DNA of 64,000 bases from Phycisphaerales bacterium. Lineage in GTDB: Bacteria; Planctomycetota; Phycisphaerae; Phycisphaerales; UBA1924. The DNA is taken from the NCBI GenBank assembly GCA_036261855.1, contig DATAKA010000120.1, positions 35,893 to 99,892 on the forward strand, read 5' to 3'. The notes below the pieces were generated by a model. The model was given only the letters and a program-made list of their open reading frames with translations. It was not told the origin of the DNA and did not search any database. The translations under genes were made by a program, and so were the position numbers. Positions 59,663 through 64,000 of this stretch are shown here, one piece after another; the first letter of the stretch is position 1; every line of letters starts with the position of its first letter.

Positions 59663-61189
59663 ATGCAGCGGGACACCGCCCACGCACCATCGCGTTCCGC
59701 ACCTCATCCCAACACCTCGCCTGCGCCTACTGCGAACGGCAGCCAAAGAGGTGTTGCCCTTCTTCTGCTCATGTACGGCGCGGTGGTGACTGTGGTGATC
59801 GCCAGCCAGCGCATCCCGTACCGCGCGGCCTTTGACCAGAAGCTCTACCACCTGCCGGTCATCCGAGACTTCGCGCGGAGCTGGCCGTCGTTCGAGACGT
59901 GGGACTACCTGACGGCGACCACGCCCGGTTTCCACGTGCTGATGGCGACGGTCGCCAGGGTGTTCGGCGATTCCACACTTCCCCTGCAAGTCACCGCCGC
60001 GGCCATCACTGGGGTGCTGCTGTGGCTCATCGCCCGGGATGGGTCTCGGTTCGCTCCCGCGAGCATCGTCGCGGCGGTGAGCGTGCCGATCATCGCGTCG
60101 CCGTACACGCTGTTCCCGGCCACGTTCTTGCTCCCCGACAACATGGGCTGGCTGGGCGTCATCGCGATGGTGCTGATCGCACTCCGTCCACCAACGTGGA
60201 AAACGCTGACCGTCGGCGCACTTGTGCTCTGCGGGCTCGTGCTGACCCGCCAGGTGCATGCGTGGACCGCCGGCCTCTTGTGGGTGAGCGCGTGGCTAAG
60301 CGTTGAAAGCCCGGAGAAACGATCCTGGTTCGGAGGGATGTTCACCCGCCCGGGCCTGCGCGCTGCGCGGGCGCTGGTGGCGGTTGGCGTGAGCATTCCA
60401 GCGCTGCTGCTGCTGTACGCATTCGTGCATTACTGGGGCGGGCTAGTGCCCGGGCGGTTCGCGGAGCAGATCCCGCCGGCGACGGCCTCACGCATCATTT
60501 CTAGTGCCGCCGCGCCACTCCTGCTCTCCATGCTGGGCGGGTACAGCGTTTTCTCCGCGGGCCTCTTGTGGCAGCCGCTGAGAAGTCTCTGGCGCCACCA
60601 CAAGGGCGTGCTGGTCGGGGCCGCGGCAGTGGGGGCGGTGCTCGCGATTATCCCAGCAACGACCGCGGACTTTGACGCAGGCCGCCGCGGCGTCCTCTGG
60701 TCGCTGGGCATGAAGGGCCCGGTGATCGCCGGCCGCACCAGCGTGGTCGTGGTACTCACAAGCGCATGGGGCGCGGTGTGCGCCGCGGCGTGGCTCTCGG
60801 CGTGTTCGCGCCGCGACCGCTCGATCTTCCTCGCGGCCATGGTCGGGTTCACGGTCAGCCAACTCCCAAGCATGCAGCTCTGGCACAGGTACTTTGACCC
60901 GTTCGTGCTCTTCATGCTCGCGCTCATCGCACCCCGCGCCTGGGCGGCGACAGCAGCTCACACCCAGCGCATGCGCACGGTGCAGGTCGCGGGCCCCGCG
61001 GTCCTCGCCACCATTCTGCTCGCGTACTCCACCTCCATGTTCTTCGAGACCGGGCTCCACGCGGCGCAGAGGATGTCAGACCCCGCGCCCCCGAGCAAAG
61101 ACCCCGATGGGCTGCACCACGGCATCGACCCACCCGTGGACAAGCCGCCCACGCCCAAACCGGCGGGCAAGGCCTTCTGGCCGTGGTAG
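59663..61189 (+). CDS. Polytopic membrane protein, possibly a GT-C-type glycosyltransferase
   Basis: 508 aa with more than 10 TM segments. It sits between the methyltransferase and gmd genes. No motif was confidently recognised. Confidence 0.5.
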   Translation: MQRDTAHAPSRSAPHPNTSPAPTANGSQRGVALLLLMYGAVVTVVIASQRIPYRAAFDQKLYHLPVIRDFARSWPSFETWDYLTATTPGFHVLMATVARVFGDSTLPLQVTAAAITGVLLWLIARDGSRFAPASIVAAVSVPIIASPYTLFPATFLLPDNMGWLGVIAMVLIALRPPTWKTLTVGALVLCGLVLTRQVHAWTAGLLWVSAWLSVESPEKRSWFGGMFTRPGLRAARALVAVGVSIPALLLLYAFVHYWGGLVPGRFAEQIPPATASRIISSAAAPLLLSMLGGYSVFSAGLLWQPLRSLWRHHKGVLVGAAAVGAVLAIIPATTADFDAGRRGVLWSLGMKGPVIAGRTSVVVVLTSAWGAVCAAAWLSACSRRDRSIFLAAMVGFTVSQLPSMQLWHRYFDPFVLFMLALIAPRAWAATAAHTQRMRTVQVAGPAVLATILLAYSTSMFFETGLHAAQRMSDPAPPSKDPDGLHHGIDPPVDKPPTPKPAGKAFWPW

Positions 61190-61343
61190 ATTGCATGAAA
61201 TCGGCGCAGAAACCGCGTCGGGCGTCCCAAAAACAAGGCCTCCGCGCGAACCTGCGCGTGGTTCTCGCCGATAGTGGGCGTGTACCCTCCGACCCCTTGG
61301 GCTGGTCCCGGGGTTTGACCCGTCATTTGAGAAAGCTGTACCC

Positions 61344-62405
61344 ATGACGACGACACGCCGCGCCCTCATCACAGGCATCACCGGCCAGGATGGCTCGTAC
61401 CTAGCCGAGTTCCTGCTGAGCAAGGGCTACGAGGTCCACGGCATCATCCGCCGCTCCTCGTCCTTCAACACCGCCCGAATCGAGGGCATCTACCAGGATC
61501 CGCACTCCGGCCGGGCCCGCCTCAAGCTCCATTACGGCGACCTGTGCGACTCCAACAGCATGTCGGACGTCGTCCGCAAGGTCCGGCCGCACGAGGTTTA
61601 CAACCTGGGCGCGCAGAGCCACGTCCGTGTGTCGTTCGACATGCCGATCTTCACCGCCGACACCGTCGGGATGGGCGCCCTGCGCCTGCTCGACGCCGTC
61701 CGCGAGTTCCAGCAGGAGAGCGGCCAGCAAGTGCGCTACTACCAGGCCTCCTCGTCCGAGCAGTACGGCAAGGTTGTGGAAACGCCCCAGACCGAGGCCA
61801 CACCCTTCTACCCGCGCAGCCCGTACGCCTGCGCAAAGCTCATGGCCCACTGGGCCACCGTCAACTACCGCGAGTCCTACGGCCTGCACGCGTCGTGCGG
61901 CATCCTCTTCAACCACGAGTCCCCCCGCCGGGGCGAGACGTTCGTGACCCGCAAGATCACCCGCGCCGTGGGCCGCATCAAGATGGGCCTGCAGGACAAG
62001 GTGTACCTGGGCAACCTGGACAGCAAGCGCGACTGGGGCTTCGCTGGCGACTACGTCAAGATGATGTGGATGATGCTCCAGCAGGACAAGCCCGACGACT
62101 ACGTGATCGCGACGGGCCAGACGTGGAGCGTCCGCGAGTTCGCCGAGCGCGCGTTCGCCCACGTGGGCCTGGACCACAAGGACTTCGTCGCGTTCGACCC
62201 CCGGTATCTCCGCCCGGCCGAGGTAGACCTCCTTCTGGGCGACCCCGCCAAGGCGAAGGCCAAGCTCGGCTGGGTGCCCACCACCAGCTTCGACGAGCTC
62301 GTCCGCATGATGGTCGATCACGACCTGGAGATGGCCAAGCGCGAGAAGACCCTGCGCGACGCCGGGCACAAGGTCGGCACCAGCGACTACGACCACGGCC
62401 ACTGA
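61344..62405 (+). CDS. gmd: GDP-mannose 4,6-dehydratase
   Basis: [37 protein letters not shown] and [18 protein letters not shown]. Confidence 0.95.
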   Translation: MTTTRRALITGITGQDGSYLAEFLLSKGYEVHGIIRRSSSFNTARIEGIYQDPHSGRARLKLHYGDLCDSNSMSDVVRKVRPHEVYNLGAQSHVRVSFDMPIFTADTVGMGALRLLDAVREFQQESGQQVRYYQASSSEQYGKVVETPQTEATPFYPRSPYACAKLMAHWATVNYRESYGLHASCGILFNHESPRRGETFVTRKITRAVGRIKMGLQDKVYLGNLDSKRDWGFAGDYVKMMWMMLQQDKPDDYVIATGQTWSVREFAERAFAHVGLDHKDFVAFDPRYLRPAEVDLLLGDPAKAKAKLGWVPTTSFDELVRMMVDHDLEMAKREKTLRDAGHKVGTSDYDHGH

Positions 62406-62419
62406 ATGGGCCCCGCGGC

Positions 62420-63685
62420 TCAGCCCCGTGCAACCTGACGGCGGAGTTCCGCCCGGAAGTCCGGGTGCGCGATTCCGATGAGAAGGTCCGCGCGCTCCTT
62501 GAAGGTCTTCCCGTGCAGGTTCACCGCGCCGTATTCGGTCACCACCCAGTGCACGTGCCCGCGCGTCGTCACCACACCCGCGCCCGGTGAGAGCTCGTAC
62601 GCGATGCGGCTCACCTTCCCGCCCGCCGCCGTAGCGGGCAGCGCGATGATGGGCTTCCCACCCTTGGACCTCGCCGCGCCGCGGATGAAGTCCATCTGCC
62701 CGCCGATGCCCGAATAGACCCGGTGCCCGAGTGAGTCCGCGCACACCTGCCCCGTCAGGTCCACCTGTAAGGCGGAGTTCACGGCGACAACCTTGGGATT
62801 GCGCCCGATGAGCGCGGTGTCGTTGGTGCGGTCCGCCGGGTGAAACTCCACGAGCGGGTTGTCGTGCACGTAGTCGAAGAGCTTCTTGGAACCGATGACA
62901 AAGCTCGTCGTGCAGCGCCCCGGGTGCACAGACTTGTGCCGGTTGGTGATGACGCCGTTCTCGAGCAGCGGCAGCAGCCCGTCGCTGAACATCTCGGTGT
63001 GCACCGCCAGGTCGCGCTTGTTGCCCAGGCGGGCGAGCACCGCATCAGGGATGCACCCGATGCCCATCTGCAGCGTCGAACCATCCTCGATCAGGTCCGC
63101 GATCACCTCGCCGATCTGGTTCTCCACCGCGCCGCACTCGTTCACCCCGTGCTCGTGCAGCGCCCGGTCGGTCTGCGTGAATGCCGTCACCCGCTTGATG
63201 GGCACCACCGTGTTGCCCAGCGTCCGCGGCATGCGCGCGTTGACCTCGGCGAGCACCACGCCCGCGCAGTCCGCCGCGGCGCGTGCGGCGTCCACGCTTG
63301 TGCCCAGCGTGCACAGCCCGTGGCTGTCCGGCGGCGACAGTTGCAGGATCGCCGCGTCGAGCCGGATCGCCCCGCTGGTGAACAGGCCGGGAATGTCCGA
63401 AAGGAACACGGGCATCGCCTCCGCGCGCCCTTCCTCCACGGCCTTGCGCGTCGCGGCGCCCACGAAGAGCGAAACGCTGGTAATGCGCCCCGCGCATTGC
63501 GCTGCAACAAAGGGTGCCGGCCCTTCCGTGTGCAGGTGGTACAGCCGTACGCCCTCAAGGTCGGTGCGGGCCGCGAGGGCCTCCAGCAGCGGCGTGGGCG
63601 TGGCCGCCCCGCCGTGGACAAACACGTTCATGCCGCTGCGGATCCGCGATACAACTTCCTGCGCACTCTCGGGCTTCACGCTCAT
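62420..63685 (-). CDS. Acetyl-CoA hydrolase/transferase family protein (4-hydroxybutyrate CoA-transferase-like)
   Basis: VFVHGGAATP, TLQMGIGCIPDAV and SGIGGQMDF blocks. The start is 63685 (MSVKPE), or possibly 63703. Confidence 0.85.
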   Translation of the reverse strand: MSVKPESAQEVVSRIRSGMNVFVHGGAATPTPLLEALAARTDLEGVRLYHLHTEGPAPFVAAQCAGRITSVSLFVGAATRKAVEEGRAEAMPVFLSDIPGLFTSGAIRLDAAILQLSPPDSHGLCTLGTSVDAARAAADCAGVVLAEVNARMPRTLGNTVVPIKRVTAFTQTDRALHEHGVNECGAVENQIGEVIADLIEDGSTLQMGIGCIPDAVLARLGNKRDLAVHTEMFSDGLLPLLENGVITNRHKSVHPGRCTTSFVIGSKKLFDYVHDNPLVEFHPADRTNDTALIGRNPKVVAVNSALQVDLTGQVCADSLGHRVYSGIGGQMDFIRGAARSKGGKPIIALPATAAGGKVSRIAYELSPGAGVVTTRGHVHWVVTEYGAVNLHGKTFKERADLLIGIAHPDFRAELRRQVARG

Positions 63686-63873
63686 CCTCCATCCAGCGGC
63701 CATCACCGTGCCGATGCCGCACACGACAGTACCCGCGCACGGAGGCGCTGGAACGGAAACGTGAGCCCAAATGCAGCCCAACTGCGTTCATCTGTCGGTC
63801 AGGTCGATACCGCAACGCAATTGATGGAGCAACACAGTCTTTGTGCACCCAAACCATGCCGGCTCCGGCATGT

Positions 63874-64000
63874 CTACAGACACGGCCCGCCACCGAACAC
63901 GCTTAGCAGCGCATCGATGTCCAGCGTGTCCGGGAACAGCCCGTCGTTGTTGTAGTCGATATCGCCGCACGTGCCCGTGGGGCACCCGCCACCGCCGAAC
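63874..64000 (-). CDS. 3' end of a seventh dockerin-module protein. The gene continues beyond the window.
   Basis: The minus-strand translation ends ...FGGGGCPTGTCGDIDYNNDGLFPDTLDIDALLSVFGGGPCL-stop (stop at 63874-63876). A CATGCCGG-ct-CCGGCATG hairpin lies immediately downstream. Confidence 0.75.
   Translation of the reverse strand, partial: FGGGGCPTGTCGDIDYNNDGLFPDTLDIDALLSVFGGGPCL

Noticed and set aside
63855-63872. CATGCCGG-ct-CCGGCATG as a confident terminator of the partial dockerin gene
   Set aside because: The 2-nt loop is sterically impossible without opening the stem, and the downstream tract (GUUUGGGU) is U-poor. I mention it only in the evidence for the partial CDS.

Overview
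High-GC bacterial chromosomal window. Hand counts give about 67-73% GC in ordinary coding stretches. No rRNA, tRNA, CRISPR array, transposase or integrase was recognised. By inference only, the source is probably Planctomycetota, Phycisphaerae-like: there is a DUF1559-type pseudopilin and many proteins ending in a Gly/Cys-rich dockerin-like module.

The left half (1-33.8 kb) is mostly housekeeping:
- GAF histidine kinase, secreted Zn-metalloprotease, dnaE, recA
- an MntA/HepT toxin-antitoxin pair wedged directly in front of purB
- clpB, parB, an orphan ABC ATPase, an LptF/G-like permease, cysS
- class II DAHP synthase, a glycosyltransferase, coaD, a vWA protein, ilvE, trpE and a 2-hydroxyacid dehydrogenase

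The right half holds the accessory content:
1. An array of six consecutive minus-strand genes (33.9-42.7 kb), plus a seventh at the window edge. They encode unrelated secreted domains: a PQQ-sugar-dehydrogenase propeller, NxxG-repeat propellers, an NHL-like propeller and a lamin-tail domain. All end in the same roughly 65-aa tandem Cys-bracketed DFNNDGLFPDT module.
2. A DUF1559 pseudopilin gene heads that array.
3. A divergent, tightly translationally coupled locus of about 11 kb reads STAS - GspE/PilB ATPase (with an MshEN-like N-terminus) - GspF/PilC - PilM - PilN - PilO - small TM protein - five pseudopilins.
4. That locus is preceded by a PAS histidine kinase and followed, convergently, by a GAF/HD-GYP phosphodiesterase and a receiver-only response regulator.
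5. No secretin or prepilin peptidase is present in the window.

My lead candidate for a little-described system is this pairing: a signalling-gated (STAS, c-di-GMP) hybrid T2SS/T4P machine next to a family of dockerin-tagged surface or secreted proteins.

Smaller oddities:
- a perfect 16-bp inverted repeat inserted in-frame in dnaE, with a possibly related in-frame insertion in cysS
- a roughly 650-bp low-GC mosaic patch with a roughly 100-aa insertion in purB
- a 169-nt element with 28-bp terminal inverted repeats in the cysS leader, containing a tiny Cys-Cys ORF

All coordinates and motifs were read by eye. No homology searches were run.
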